From Candidatus Saccharimonadota bacterium (GTDB lineage: Bacteria; Patescibacteriota; Saccharimonadia; Saccharimonadales; Saccharimonadaceae), in NCBI GenBank assembly GCA_030528355.1, contig JAUMZA010000001.1:71177-135176 (forward strand): a DNA stretch of 64,000 bases. The letters run 5' to 3'. The notes below the pieces were generated by a model, which saw nothing but the letters and a program-made list of their open reading frames with translations, did no database searches and was not told the DNA's origin. Made by a program: the position numbers and the translations under genes. This document shows, piece by piece, positions 1 to 10,779 of this stretch. Positions within the stretch are counted from its first letter, which is position 1. Each line of letters begins with the position of its first letter.

Positions 1-2220
1 GCTAAACATCTTCATGGCAAGTTGCACAATTGCAAGTAAAATTAATCCTATCACCGACAGCAGCACAACTGCCTGCGAAATCTGCACACCCGTATTCATG
101 AGCGACGTGTCGGTTGGCTTGCCTAACTGCGATTGGGCGTATTCGGTAAATGGTTTTGCCAGGTAGTTTTGTGGATATTGCCGGGCAGTTTCGCCAAATA
201 ATTCAATCGCTCGGCGATAATTGCCTCGTATCATCTCACGCAGCCCCTCGCTCCACGCATCCGATGCCGTACTGACTGAACGGATTGAAAGATTACGGTC
301 TTTTGCAAGCGAACGGATTTCGGCGATATCACGAATAATCATACTTGCCGTGCAGGCACCGTTTGGACAGTTTGCTGTATTGTAGGTGGCATACCCAATC
401 ACTTGCCCGTCATCGCCAAACGCCGGGGCACCAGTAAAGCCGGCGTGCGATGGCGTACCAACTACCGAAAGCCGCTGCCCATTCGCTCCATTAAAGGCCT
501 GCTCAACCTTCCCTTGCCGCAAGAGGAACGTAGGGCGGAATTGCCCAGAAAAGAGCGATCCAATCGTATACATTGGCATGCCAACCACATTCACGGTTGT
601 ACCACCCGGCACTGCCGCCGAGGCAGCTAAATCAACAATTGGAAACGGACCGCCTTTCTTCACCTTCAACAAAGCCACGTCATCTTTTACAATATCGCCA
701 TTTGCAACTTGCTGCTGCAGCTTGCTGTTATCGTACTTTTTGCCCGCTAGCTCAGCCTCAAATACCGAATTTGAAAAGGCAAATTCAAGCCCGCCATCAC
801 CTTTTTTATTCACCGTAATTGGCTTATCTGACGTTTGCACGGCGTACATGTATTTTTCCTTTGCCAGCGAAATACGCTCAGGAGCAATCAGCTCGCTGAG
901 TACATAGATTTTCTCTATCACATCTTGGTCTCGCTCAGCCAAGCCTGCCATTAACGCATCGACATCGGTCTGCATCAAAATACGAGATTCAAACAAATAC
1001 TGCAATACTCGCTCGAGCCGGCTATTAGTCTGGCGTTCATCTGGTGCATTGGTAATATATGCACGAATCGCTTCACGTGGGGTTACATCAATGCTGGTTG
1101 CCGCCGTAGCCACCAAACCTTCTCGTGTAACAAAAAAGCCAGAACCGCCCTTATCAACACATGCCCCGGTCAGTTGCGGGCCAGGTTTGCCATTTGGTAA
1201 GGTAAGCTTTACATCCGCACAGTAAATCATACCAGTTCGCACAGTACTTGGGGCAAGCTTTGCAAACGCATGCACGTTTTTGGTGGCTGCAAGATACGAC
1301 GACACAACCTTTTCCTTACGCTTTTTGTCGCCAGGTTTTTCGGTAGCTTTGCCGGTGGTTGGCACTTCTTTTGGAGGCTCTGGAGTTTTATCATCAAGAC
1401 GATTATCCACCAAGGCGGCACCTTCGGCTGCACCATCAACCGTTGCCAAGCCGTCTATTTCTGGCTTTTTGTATGACACGCCAGCCACTACTTGCTCTAG
1501 TTGTGCAACCGCACTAAAATTGCTGGCACGGATATTATTCACACAGGCAATGTATGGCCTTTCGTGCTGGATAGTAAAGTAGCAATCCTCACGGCGAACG
1601 CTCGTCACGCCAAAACGTTCATCTTTGTGAGTATAGCTCACCATGCGGTAGTCTACATCATTAAATTTTTTATTGCGACTATCACCCGCTGTTACTGCAG
1701 GGTTAGTAGTGCGTTGATCTGTCGCAGCCTTAATCAACATCTCTAGCCGAGAAATACCCCGGTAGCCATCCTTTGCTTCAAGCTGCTTCCAATACGATGG
1801 GTCGCTCGTAGAGGTGATTCGCAGCTCTGGCGCCACCAAGGTAATTTCGCTATGAGCCGCCCGGCTTGTTTCGACTGGTCGTACTCGAATCACACTATAT
1901 GGACGTTTTTCATCAAGGTCACTTGCTGAATAAGTCACTTCACCCGCAAAGCCATAGGCCGCCAGTTCACGGGCATTATATGGCACCGATACACCCAACA
2001 TCGATTCAATCGTCCGGGGTAGCGGTGCGGTATCATCAGTTTCTAACACGGCCGCCATTGCAAATGGTGTTTTGCCTGTGTCTGATGAGCTTTTCATACC
2101 ACAGACAATCCATCCAATGATACCCGCCAAAAGCAAGACACCAGCAAGTATCATTAAGATGAATACGACGCTTGGCCGTGATTTCTTTTTTGTAGTGGGG
2201 TACGGCTGTTGTGGATACAT
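1..2220 (-). CDS. Large membrane-anchored protein (>=740 aa, continues beyond window start) with a degenerate trypsin-like (S1/HtrA-like) domain; missing from the ORF track because it is edge-truncated
   Basis: Hand translation of the minus strand from ATG at 2220..2218 to position 1 gives one open frame with no stop. The N-terminus is basic and is followed by a TM helix (ILMILAGVLLLAGIIGWIVC), and there is a second TM helix near window position 1. Trypsin-fold motifs are present but altered: GGSGFFV...LVATAATS (T where the catalytic His sits in TAAH), DVALLKV (Asp retained) and GFTGAPAF (T where the Ser of GDSGGP sits). Confidence 0.65.
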   Translation of the reverse strand, partial: MYPQQPYPTTKKKSRPSVVFILMILAGVLLLAGIIGWIVCGMKSSSDTGKTPFAMAAVLETDDTAPLPRTIESMLGVSVPYNARELAAYGFAGEVTYSASDLDEKRPYSVIRVRPVETSRAAHSEITLVAPELRITSTSDPSYWKQLEAKDGYRGISRLEMLIKAATDQRTTNPAVTAGDSRNKKFNDVDYRMVSYTHKDERFGVTSVRREDCYFTIQHERPYIACVNNIRASNFSAVAQLEQVVAGVSYKKPEIDGLATVDGAAEGAALVDNRLDDKTPEPPKEVPTTGKATEKPGDKKRKEKVVSSYLAATKNVHAFAKLAPSTVRTGMIYCADVKLTLPNGKPGPQLTGACVDKGGSGFFVTREGLVATAATSIDVTPREAIRAYITNAPDERQTNSRLERVLQYLFESRILMQTDVDALMAGLAERDQDVIEKIYVLSELIAPERISLAKEKYMYAVQTSDKPITVNKKGDGGLEFAFSNSVFEAELAGKKYDNSKLQQQVANGDIVKDDVALLKVKKGGPFPIVDLAASAAVPGGTTVNVVGMPMYTIGSLFSGQFRPTFLLRQGKVEQAFNGANGQRLSVVGTPSHAGFTGAPAFGDDGQVIGYATYNTANCPNGACTASMIIRDIAEIRSLAKDRNLSIRSVSTASDAWSEGLREMIRGNYRRAIELFGETARQYPQNYLAKPFTEYAQSQLGKPTDTSLMNTGVQISQAVVLLSVIGLILLAIVQLAMKMFS

Positions 2221-2245
2221 AGTTACTTTTAGTGTACCATAACCA

Positions 2246-4210
2246 TCATTGTTTGTGGCGGATTTCGGCAATTAAATCACGTAATTCGGCTGCTTTTTCA
2301 AACTCAAGATTGGCACTCGCTAGGTTCATCTGGCCTGTTAATTCTTTAATCAGCGTGGCATACTCCTCTTTTGGAATTTTCTTCAGATCGAGCTTTGGCT
2401 TTGTGCTCTCTTTTTGCGGGATAATGGCGCGCAGGCCTTCATCAATCGCTTTTTTCACACCACGTGGCGTAATATTATGTTTGCGATTATAGGCTTCTTG
2501 AATACTGCGGCGGCGGTTGGTTTCGTCGATCGCTGCCTGCATACTACGAGTTATCGTGTCGCCATACATCAGCACCCGACCTTCAACGTGGCGTGCGGCC
2601 CGCCCAATGGTCTGCACCAGGGCACTTTCGCTACGCAAAAAGCCTTCTTTATCGGCGTCCATAATCGCCACCAAGCTTACTTCTGGCAAATCTAAACCTT
2701 CGCGCAGCAGATTAATCCCCACCAGCACGTCGTACACGCCAGCACGCAAATCACGCAAAATATCGCCACGCTCGAGCGTATCAACCTCGCTGTGAATATA
2801 GGCGGTCTTAATATTGATATCTTGCAGGTAGGCACTTAAATCCTCGGCCATGCGCTTAGTGAGCGTCGTGACGAGCACACGCTGTTTTTTGGCGATACGC
2901 TCACGGATTTCGGCAATTAAATCATCCACCTGACCTTCGGTTGGGCGGACTTCAATTGGTGGATCGAGTAGGCCAGTTGGGCGGATCACTTGCTGGGCAG
3001 GCTCGGGGCTGTGTGCGAGTTCGTACTCGCCTGGAGTGGCCGAAATATAAATCGCCTGGTTAATATGGTTATCAAATTCTTCAAAACGTAAGGGGCGGTT
3101 ATCCAGCGCACTCGGCAAGCGAAAACCATGCTCGACCAGTACTTCTTTACGGGCCCGGTCGCCATTATACATGCCTCGCACCTGTGGCAAGGTCATGTGC
3201 GATTCGTCTACCAGCAATAGCCAATCGTCCGGAAAGTAATCAATCAGCGTAGCCGGCTGCTCGCCCGGTTCACGGTTGCTTAAGTAGCGACTATAATTTT
3301 CAATCCCCTTCACAAAGCCGGTCTCTTCTAGCATCTCTAAATCGTACTTGGTACGCTGTGCCAAACGCTGAGCTTCAAGATGTTTATCGTGCGATTCAAA
3401 CCACGCCAAACGCTCATCAAATTCTTTGCGGATTTCTTCAATTGCGTACCGAATACGCTCTTTTGGTGTCGCATAGTGACTGCTTGGAAAGATCGTAATC
3501 TGTGCTGGCTCGCCCAAAATTTCGCCAGTCAGCGGGTCAAGCCGAGTGATGCGATCAACCTCATCACCAAAAAACTCAATCCGGTACGCCGTATCCATGC
3601 CTGCCGGAAACACATCAACCACATCGCCACGCACCCGAAACGTACCTCGAGCAAAATCAATATCGTTACGCTGATATTGAATATCGGTCAGCTGGCGGAC
3701 AAATTTATCTTGCACCCGACGCTCACCACGCTTGATGGTCATCGACATATCGGCGTAGGTATCCGGCGAGCCAATGCCGTAAATACAACTCACACTCGCC
3801 ACAATAATCGTGTCGCGCCGAGTTAATAGTGCAGTGGTCGCAGCATGGCGTAGACGGTCGATTTCTTCGTTGATTTTAGAATCTTTTTCGATGTAGGTAT
3901 CGCTGCTGGCAATGTAGGCTTCTGGCTGATAATAATCAAAATAGCTCACAAAATAATGCACTTCGTTTTCAGGAAAGAACTGCTTAAATTCGCTATACAG
4001 CTGTGCCGCCAATGTTTTATTATGTGCCAACACCAAGGTTGGTGCTTGGTACTGGGCAATAATATTGGCCATGGTAAAGGTTTTACCCGAGCCCGTTACG
4101 CCAAGCAGGGTTTGTTCACGCTCGCCGGCCTGCAAACCAGCCACCAAGTCTGCAATAGCTTGAGGCTGGTCGCCCGTCGGTTGATACTTCGCAATAAGAT
4201 GAAATTTCAC
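2246..4210 (-). CDS. uvrB: Excinuclease ABC subunit B (UvrB)
   Basis: 654 aa. N-terminus aligns to UvrB ([10 protein letters not shown]...[12 protein letters not shown] Walker A), helicase motifs are present, and there is a C-terminal UvrB/UvrC interaction helix. GTG start. Confidence 0.95.
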   Translation of the reverse strand: MKFHLIAKYQPTGDQPQAIADLVAGLQAGEREQTLLGVTGSGKTFTMANIIAQYQAPTLVLAHNKTLAAQLYSEFKQFFPENEVHYFVSYFDYYQPEAYIASSDTYIEKDSKINEEIDRLRHAATTALLTRRDTIIVASVSCIYGIGSPDTYADMSMTIKRGERRVQDKFVRQLTDIQYQRNDIDFARGTFRVRGDVVDVFPAGMDTAYRIEFFGDEVDRITRLDPLTGEILGEPAQITIFPSSHYATPKERIRYAIEEIRKEFDERLAWFESHDKHLEAQRLAQRTKYDLEMLEETGFVKGIENYSRYLSNREPGEQPATLIDYFPDDWLLLVDESHMTLPQVRGMYNGDRARKEVLVEHGFRLPSALDNRPLRFEEFDNHINQAIYISATPGEYELAHSPEPAQQVIRPTGLLDPPIEVRPTEGQVDDLIAEIRERIAKKQRVLVTTLTKRMAEDLSAYLQDINIKTAYIHSEVDTLERGDILRDLRAGVYDVLVGINLLREGLDLPEVSLVAIMDADKEGFLRSESALVQTIGRAARHVEGRVLMYGDTITRSMQAAIDETNRRRSIQEAYNRKHNITPRGVKKAIDEGLRAIIPQKESTKPKLDLKKIPKEEYATLIKELTGQMNLASANLEFEKAAELRDLIAEIRHKQ

Positions 4211-4228
4211 TATCTACCAGTATAGCAC

Positions 4229-5014
4229 CTAGTTGTAATGGGCACTAGCGAGAATCTCAAACGCTTGCTGATACACGGCAGTATCGAGCTGCTCGATTGC
4301 TTCTTGTACAGTGGCAAAGGTTGCCGGCTCAATCTGTGAGTCAATTGGCCACTGACTCTTGCCACTTGCAAACATAGTCATGCTATACTCACCACTGGCA
4401 GACTTCACACCCCGGCCGCCAATCAGACTAGCAAAGCGTAGATGGCAACCGTCATGTTCGCCCTTTGTGCTCATTACTTTTGACATTGTCAGCATTACTC
4501 GTGGCACAAATCGTCCGCTCTGTACATCTTGCTCAACAAAGGCAGTTGCCGCCACCGTATCAAGGTAGTCGCTGGTTTCTACTGGCTTAACACTCTTAAT
4601 TGTAGTTGACTTTGATTGCCACACGGTTACCTTGCCAAGCTCGCCAGGCTCGCACGGGCCGCCGCCAATCCCGGTAATGCCGGTATTAATCGCTAACTGC
4701 ATCTCACGACCAGGGCTTTGCACGAGCATTACGTCAGCTGGGATGCCATTGATATCGACCTCCTTGGTAGTAAGTTGCCAGTCTTTTGGATACGTAAAAC
4801 AAAGCGTTTCATACGGGGCGCAAGCTTCTTTATGCTGCCTGTCTGGTTCGGCAGTCATGTGCTTCTTGCTTGCGGTTTGCGGTGGCGTTACCACTGACCG
4901 CTGCGACACCCACCAAGCAGCGGCGGCCCCCAGTAGCACCACAACCACCAGCACAACCACTATCATTTTATGAACCGCACCAGCTTGGGCGACATGTGCT
5001 CGAGATTGCTTCAT
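4229..5014 (-). CDS. Hypothetical membrane-anchored protein (N-terminal TM, extracytoplasmic domain)
   Basis: 261 aa ORF with N-terminal hydrophobic helix IVVVLVVVVLLGAAAAWWV. No recognisable catalytic motifs. Confidence 0.55.
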   Translation of the reverse strand: MKQSRAHVAQAGAVHKMIVVVLVVVVLLGAAAAWWVSQRSVVTPPQTASKKHMTAEPDRQHKEACAPYETLCFTYPKDWQLTTKEVDINGIPADVMLVQSPGREMQLAINTGITGIGGGPCEPGELGKVTVWQSKSTTIKSVKPVETSDYLDTVAATAFVEQDVQSGRFVPRVMLTMSKVMSTKGEHDGCHLRFASLIGGRGVKSASGEYSMTMFASGKSQWPIDSQIEPATFATVQEAIEQLDTAVYQQAFEILASAHYN

Positions 5015-5150
5015 CGTTGTCTTCCTTACTTTTTTATAATCGTTACTTCTACGCCCATTGTAGCAACTTCTACGGGCAAAAATTAGTCTAGCATTTTTAT
5101 CGTGCTTATGTTATAATAAAAAGAGTGCTAAATTGCAAAAAGGAAACAGT

Positions 5151-5861
5151 ATGGACCCAAATCTACACCTAAAACAAACGCCTGTAACACCAGGTACACC
5201 ACAGCTATGTGCCCCGCGCGAAATCCTCCTCCAATCTGCCATGTTTCGACTTGGTGATGTTGAAGATGAAATCCGTGCTGGCTACGACGTGGTTCGTAAA
5301 CAGCATAAAACAGTTACTATTTTCGGTTCGGCTCGACTACCAGAAACGAGTGAATATTATCGGGCGGCTCGTGCAGTTGGCCGCAAACTCGCCCAAGATA
5401 ATTACACAGTTATTACTGGTGGCGGTGGCGGCATTATGGAAGCCGGTAATCGTGGTGCCTTCGAAGTGGGCGGCAACTCAGTTGGCTTTAATATCCTGCT
5501 GCCACACGAACAAAGCCTTAATGCTTATACCAACGATTCATTCGCCTTTCGTCATTTCGCTCCGCGCAAAATTGTCATGACATTGTATGCCGACGCCTAC
5601 GTCTTCTTCCCTGGCGGCTTCGGCACGCTCGATGAGTTGAGCGAAATCCTTACATTGGTACAAACCGGCAAAACCACCAAAGCACCAATCATTTTGTTTG
5701 GTACGAAGTTTTGGTGTAAGTTTGATGAGTTTGTCCGCACGCAACTATTAGAAGCCGAACACCTTATTTCGCCCGGTGACGAGCACCTTTATACTATTAC
5801 GGATGATATCGAAGAGGTTGTTCGCCTTGTCCAGGAAAATCGCACCTACTGCGAACACTAA
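5151..5861 (+). CDS. LOG-family protein (cytokinin riboside 5'-monophosphate phosphoribohydrolase-like / TIGR00730 Rossmann protein)
   Basis: Motifs TIFGSARL, GGGGGIMEAGNRGA and PGGFGTLDELSE. The ORF-track start at 5133 is TTG; the ATG at 5151 is preceded by AAAGGAAACAGT. Confidence 0.8.
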   Translation: MDPNLHLKQTPVTPGTPQLCAPREILLQSAMFRLGDVEDEIRAGYDVVRKQHKTVTIFGSARLPETSEYYRAARAVGRKLAQDNYTVITGGGGGIMEAGNRGAFEVGGNSVGFNILLPHEQSLNAYTNDSFAFRHFAPRKIVMTLYADAYVFFPGGFGTLDELSEILTLVQTGKTTKAPIILFGTKFWCKFDEFVRTQLLEAEHLISPGDEHLYTITDDIEEVVRLVQENRTYCEH

Positions 5862-5892
5862 AGTATTTTTCCTGCATAAGATAGTAGTCTAC

Positions 5893-6345
5893 TTATGACT
5901 GACGCAGGTACGTCATCAACTCTGCAAGCCGCTCCGAAGAGACCGAAGCGGCCGCATATCGCCGCTCAAGTTCATCTACCAGTGCAGCCCGCATACCAGC
6001 TAGCGACCGATCCGAAAAGCCGGTCGCTTTTGCTTTATCTGCCATGACATCATCATAATTGAGCGATACACACTCGCCGTCAATCACCGCCCCTGCATAA
6101 GCCGTACGACGCAACAGCTTTTCTAGCTCCTTGCTGTGACGCAAAGCGGCGTATAATTCCTGCGGGGTAGTATCATCAACTGCCAAAGACAACGCACGCA
6201 ACACAGCATGTGATTTACGCCAAATATCAGATAGCAGGGCAATATCAACGCTTTCCGTGCCAGTGGTTGATTCAAATACCTCAAGCTGATGTAGCAATAG
6301 CCTATCGTGCGGCCGCCCTAGCAACACAGCAAGCTGCCTGGCCAT
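5893..6345 (-). CDS. Hypothetical protein
   Basis: 150 aa ORF with compact spacing, directly downstream of the pfkB-like gene in the same orientation. No recognisable motif. Confidence 0.45.
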   Translation of the reverse strand: MARQLAVLLGRPHDRLLLHQLEVFESTTGTESVDIALLSDIWRKSHAVLRALSLAVDDTTPQELYAALRHSKELEKLLRRTAYAGAVIDGECVSLNYDDVMADKAKATGFSDRSLAGMRAALVDELERRYAAASVSSERLAELMTYLRQS

Positions 6346-7313
6346 TACAGTTGCCTTTCCGTGATGGGCATATCATGCAGGACTGCACCAGCGTGCAAAA
6401 TGCCAGTCTTTGCCCCAATTTTACTCACTACCGAAGTTGAGTTGGCACTAGCGTAAATAATTGCCTCTCGCAATGTTTTGCCCTGTGCCCACTGACTCAA
6501 AAAGCCAGAACCAAACGCATCGCCCGCACCAGTGCGATCAACCACATTCACCTCCTCGTAGATGCCCGCCTGAACGATTGTTTTGCCATCGGTAGCAACC
6601 ACTCCATTTGAGCCATCACTTACAATTACCGTTGGCACAAATCGCAATAATTTACGAGCCAACTCTTCCGCCGTTTCACCAGAGATAATCTGCTGGGCCT
6701 CTTCTTTATTCACCAATACCACATCGGTATCCTCCAGTAGTGCTCGCAGCTTATGTGGCTGCTTGAGCTCACCCTTGCCCGGATTAAAACATACTTTTAT
6801 ACCATGACTATGGGCATAGCGGAAAATACCGTCGAGCACCTCCATGCTACCCGCCATACTTGAAACATACAACCAATCCGGCGATAATCCCGTAAGGTCG
6901 AAGTTCTTTGCATGGTAGTGCGTACTCGCCCCCCGATAGGTTAAAATGGTACGTTCGCCATCTGGTGCAAGCAATAGCACTGAATAGCCAGTATTAAACT
7001 TTTCTGAGTAGCTTACCAGTGTAGTATCGACGCCTTCTTTATCCAAATCAGCTAAAACTGCCTGCCCGGCTGGGTCGTGCCCTACCGTACCCATAAAATG
7101 AGTTCGCATGCCTTGCCGTGCAAATGTCACCGCTGCATTGGTTGCACCACCGCCAGTACTAAAGTCAATATTGTTAACATCCACCTTTGCCCCAAGCTCA
7201 AGTTTCATGAAGCATTCGTGCGGATTATCACACACTGGTGCAAATTCATCACTATGGCTTAAAAATACATCCTGCACCGCTGCCCCGATGGTTACTATGG
7301 TTGGTTTATTCAT
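6345..7313 (-). CDS. PfkB-family carbohydrate kinase (ribokinase/1- or 6-phosphofructokinase-like)
   Basis: N-terminal VTIGAAVQDVFL, GGGATNAA motif, and C-terminal DTTGAGDAFGSGF (the DTxGAGD anion hole). Confidence 0.85.
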   Translation of the reverse strand: MNKPTIVTIGAAVQDVFLSHSDEFAPVCDNPHECFMKLELGAKVDVNNIDFSTGGGATNAAVTFARQGMRTHFMGTVGHDPAGQAVLADLDKEGVDTTLVSYSEKFNTGYSVLLLAPDGERTILTYRGASTHYHAKNFDLTGLSPDWLYVSSMAGSMEVLDGIFRYAHSHGIKVCFNPGKGELKQPHKLRALLEDTDVVLVNKEEAQQIISGETAEELARKLLRFVPTVIVSDGSNGVVATDGKTIVQAGIYEEVNVVDRTGAGDAFGSGFLSQWAQGKTLREAIIYASANSTSVVSKIGAKTGILHAGAVLHDMPITERQL

Positions 7314-8224
7314 TACACTACCGCCTTATTTACACTGCCAAATGCAGTTATTTTTTCTTCTACTACCGCTTGTACTGCCGAATACACTTCTGGCATCAGC
7401 TTAACTACCGCATATTCGTGCGGATGTTCAGCTAGCACTTTTTCGAGCGTGGTACGAAACGCATACCGCATATCCGAATTAATGTTGATCTTGCTCACTC
7501 CAATTTTAGCGGCTTCTTCAAAATAATGCAGCGGCGTACCACTGCCGCCATGCAAACTAATGCCACAGTCGATCGCCTGGCGAATTGCTGTTAGTAGCTC
7601 TAGATCAAGCTGCTTTGGCACTGGATATTTACCGTGCAAGTTACCGACCGCTGCTGCAAAAGTATCAATACCAGTCGCCGCAACAAAGGCCTTGGCACCA
7701 GCTGGTGTACTAAAGGTTTTTTTGACCTCTTCGTAATCGATAGCACTAGTATGGACGTTGCTGCTACCGCCAAAATAATGCGGCTCGCTTTCTACCAACG
7801 CACCAGTAAAGGCAGCATACTGCACCACTTCACGGGTTTTTGCAATAATTTCTTCCTCTGAAGCATCGTGGTTTGCCTGGCTAATGTCAATATGGATAAA
7901 TTCAAACCCGGCATCAATGGCACGCTTGCAATTTTCAACTGTTGGGCTATGGTCAAAATTGAGATACATTTCTATTCCATATTCCGCCTTGTAGTTGTCT
8001 ACCATATCACGGATATTTTCCATGCCAATTGCCTGCACTTCACCATCGCTCACCTCAATTAACACTGGTGATTGCAACTTTTGTGCCGCCCGTGCAATCG
8101 CAATGAGTGTTTCTTGATTATCTACATTAAATGCACCTACCGCAAAATGTTGCGAACGAGTACGATGGTACAAATATCGAGCCTTGGTGGTATTATCGCG
8201 AATTTCACGAATCGTTAAACCCAT
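7313..8224 (-). CDS. fba: Class II fructose-1,6-bisphosphate (or tagatose-bisphosphate) aldolase
   Basis: 303 aa with class II FBA motifs (HFDHS region, LHGGSGTP). Confidence 0.85.
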   Translation of the reverse strand: MGLTIREIRDNTTKARYLYHRTRSQHFAVGAFNVDNQETLIAIARAAQKLQSPVLIEVSDGEVQAIGMENIRDMVDNYKAEYGIEMYLNFDHSPTVENCKRAIDAGFEFIHIDISQANHDASEEEIIAKTREVVQYAAFTGALVESEPHYFGGSSNVHTSAIDYEEVKKTFSTPAGAKAFVAATGIDTFAAAVGNLHGKYPVPKQLDLELLTAIRQAIDCGISLHGGSGTPLHYFEEAAKIGVSKININSDMRYAFRTTLEKVLAEHPHEYAVVKLMPEVYSAVQAVVEEKITAFGSVNKAVV

Positions 8225-8282
8225 ACTCCCCCTTAAAGTTATTATGCTTACTGTGCTTTATTATACAGAGATTTGCGTATTT

Positions 8283-9278
8283 CTAAAAGCCACGATGATA
8301 CTGCGGAGTGTGAGCAACAAATGCAGCAATTTGCGGAGCAAGCTTTTCTGCAGTCAGCCCAAAAAAGTCAAGCAACTCTGCTGGAGTGCCACTCTCTCCA
8401 AATCGATCAGTCACCCCAAAGCGTTTTAGTGGCGTTGGGAGTTGGTCTGTGAGCATCTCGGCAATTGCACCGCCAAACCCGCCAGCAATCTGTGCTTCCT
8501 CGGCTGTTGCAATACGACCTGTTTTCTTTACGCTTCGCAAAATTGTTTCGGCATCAAGCGGCTTGATTGTTGGTACGTGCACTACCTCAGCGGACACCCC
8601 CTGCTGCTGTAGCAGTGTAGCGGTGTGCAGCAACTGTGCTGTCATTGTGCCAGTACCACACAGGGTAATATCAGTGCCTTCACGCAACACGTACGCTTTA
8701 CCAATTACAAATGGCGTGTGTGGCAGGCTAAAAATCGGCGACTTCTCACGAGCCAAACGCATATACGCCGGGCGACTATCCTGTGCAATGGCCTGGGTTG
8801 CCTGGGCAGCCTCGTGTGCGTCACCAGGGGCAATCACTACCATATTAGGCAGCACCCGCATCATAGCAATATCTTCAAGCATCTGATGTGTTGCTCCGTC
8901 TGGGCCAACCGTAATACCTGCATGACTGCCAATCACTTTTACTGGCATATCATTCAGGCAGATAGTCGTACGAATCTGCTCCCAGTTGCGGCCAGGGTTA
9001 AATGCTGCATAGCTTGCAGCAAACGGAATCTTACCCATTCGTGCCATACCGCTCGCAACTGTGACTAAATTTTGCTCTGCAATGCCAACTTCAATAAAAT
9101 GCTCCGGAAAGGCCTGCTTAAAATGATGCATCTGCACACTTTCGGTAAGGTCGGCACATAGTGCCACCACTGCATCATTCGCCTCGCCAGCTGCACGCAA
9201 GCCTCTGCCAAAGCCAGCTCGGGTTGTATCATATTGCGGGTTACCAGCTATAAAATCTTGTGCTAGCTGATAGGTCAT
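8283..9278 (-). CDS. Transketolase, C-terminal (pyrimidine-binding) subunit
   Basis: 331 aa matching the transketolase Pyr and C-terminal domains. Overlaps the upstream N-terminal subunit gene by 4 nt. Confidence 0.9.
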   Translation of the reverse strand: MTYQLAQDFIAGNPQYDTTRAGFGRGLRAAGEANDAVVALCADLTESVQMHHFKQAFPEHFIEVGIAEQNLVTVASGMARMGKIPFAASYAAFNPGRNWEQIRTTICLNDMPVKVIGSHAGITVGPDGATHQMLEDIAMMRVLPNMVVIAPGDAHEAAQATQAIAQDSRPAYMRLAREKSPIFSLPHTPFVIGKAYVLREGTDITLCGTGTMTAQLLHTATLLQQQGVSAEVVHVPTIKPLDAETILRSVKKTGRIATAEEAQIAGGFGGAIAEMLTDQLPTPLKRFGVTDRFGESGTPAELLDFFGLTAEKLAPQIAAFVAHTPQYHRGF

Positions 9279-10132
9279 AGTGTGTCTCCTGCGGGTAATC
9301 TACCATCAAGCGTACGGAGCTTTTGCAGTGCCGCCTTGGCTTGTTCATGATTTGGTGGCATGCCGTGCCATTTGTAATCATACTCCATAAAATCTACCCC
9401 CTTGCCAGGGACAGTGTGGGCAATAATCACACTTGGGCGATTGGTAATTGCCCGTGCCATACTAGCGGCAGTTATAATACTTTCAACCGCATGACCATCA
9501 ACCTCTTGCACATGCCAGCCAAAGCTTTCCCACTTGCCACGCAAATCTTCAAGCGGCATCACTTCTTCTGTACTACCATCTATCTGAATATTATTGCGAT
9601 CAATAATTGCTACCAGTTGACTTAACTTATATTTACCCGCAAACATCGCAGCTTCCCAAATATTACCTTCATTAAGCTCGCCATCCCCCATCGTGACATA
9701 CACAAAACGATGCGGATTCTTATCTAAGTATTGCAGCACGTACGCCATGCCCGCCGCCTGGCTTAGGCCTGAACCTAGCGGCCCGCTTGTAGTTTCGATA
9801 CCTGGCAGTGTAGTACGCTCTGGATGCCCCTGCAGACGACTACCCCGCCGACGCAACGTAGTTAACTCATCCACCGAGAAGTACCCAGCCTCCGCCAGCG
9901 TTGCGTATACCACCGGGGCAATATGGCCGTTGCTTACCACCATATAATCCCGCTCGTTCCATTCGGGATTTTGGGGATCGTGTCGCAAAATCGAAAAATA
10001 TAGTGCCGCAAATATATCACTCATGCCCAGTGCACCGGCACTATGCCCACTGCCCGCCGCTTCTAGCATAGTAATAATATGCTGGCGAATCACCGTGGCC
10101 TTAGTGGCAATCTGCGAAGGCGTCAGTTGCAT
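9275..10132 (-). CDS. Transketolase, N-terminal (TPP-binding) subunit
   Basis: 285 aa with GHSAGALGMSD and GDGELNEGNIWEA (TPP-binding) motifs. Confidence 0.9.
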   Translation of the reverse strand: MQLTPSQIATKATVIRQHIITMLEAAGSGHSAGALGMSDIFAALYFSILRHDPQNPEWNERDYMVVSNGHIAPVVYATLAEAGYFSVDELTTLRRRGSRLQGHPERTTLPGIETTSGPLGSGLSQAAGMAYVLQYLDKNPHRFVYVTMGDGELNEGNIWEAAMFAGKYKLSQLVAIIDRNNIQIDGSTEEVMPLEDLRGKWESFGWHVQEVDGHAVESIITAASMARAITNRPSVIIAHTVPGKGVDFMEYDYKWHGMPPNHEQAKAALQKLRTLDGRLPAGDTL

Positions 10133-10134
10133 GG

Positions 10135-10779
10135 TTATAAAATCCCGTGACGGTTAATTTCTGTAACAAGATTTTTGTACATCATTTCAGCATCATCTGC
10201 AAACTGAATCGCTCCGCCTACATTCAAAATATCAACCCCACCCTGCACGAGCGAATAGGCATTATCCAGGCTAACACCGCCATCCCAGCCAATCTCAACC
10301 ATTGGGTTAATTTTTTTGATAAGACGAACCTTCTCTAGTTGCATCATATGCGCCTTACCGCCATAGCTACCAAGTTCGCCCGCAAAAATCATCACATGAT
10401 CAACTAGCGAAATTAAATTAGCTACATTGGCCGGCACTGTTTTTCGCAGCAAGACCAAGCCAGCCTTAATACCATACTGCTGCAGAGTCACAAATACAGC
10501 TGGCAAATCACCTTCGGCTTCAGCATGAAATAACACCATACGAGGTTTCGCATGTACCAATACAGATAGCACATCCTCTGGGCGACGCACCATTGCATGC
10601 ACGTCCGCTTCACACCCATCCGGCCACCAAATCTCGGACGGCTTAATGGTTGCATGCGGTGCAAACTCACCATCGGTGAAATCGATATGCAATCTTGTTG
10701 CAAACGGCTTCACCTTTTCGATCTGAGCCTGGTACTGCTCTGGCGTTTCTGCGAGTATTGCAGGAATAATTTCGCTCAT
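10135..10779 (-). CDS. rpe: Ribulose-phosphate 3-epimerase family protein
   Basis: 214 aa TIM-barrel protein. Motif LHIDFTDGEFAPH corresponds to the HxDxMDG motif of Rpe. Confidence 0.75.
   Translation of the reverse strand: MSEIIPAILAETPEQYQAQIEKVKPFATRLHIDFTDGEFAPHATIKPSEIWWPDGCEADVHAMVRRPEDVLSVLVHAKPRMVLFHAEAEGDLPAVFVTLQQYGIKAGLVLLRKTVPANVANLISLVDHVMIFAGELGSYGGKAHMMQLEKVRLIKKINPMVEIGWDGGVSLDNAYSLVQGGVDILNVGGAIQFADDAEMMYKNLVTEINRHGIL

Noticed and set aside
386-2120. Cluster of short plus-strand ORFs (386..907, 1280..1582, 1501..1746, 1866..2120) in a region with no long track ORF
   Set aside because: All are antisense to the single long minus-strand reading frame 1..2220 that the track omitted because it has no in-window stop. 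They are artefacts.
2414-4225. Multiple plus-strand ORFs (for example 3380..3826) inside uvrB, and similar antisense ORFs inside pheT, ligA, leuS, trxB and others
   Set aside because: They lie embedded antisense within long, motif-rich CDSs and lack SD sequences. This is the typical shadow-ORF pattern.
8283-10132. Transketolase in two ORFs overlapping by 4 nt; could look like a frameshifted gene
   Set aside because: The break falls exactly between the TPP-binding N-terminal domain and the Pyr/C-terminal domains, each ORF has its own start, and the two-subunit form is well known in archaea and many bacteria. It is not a disruption.
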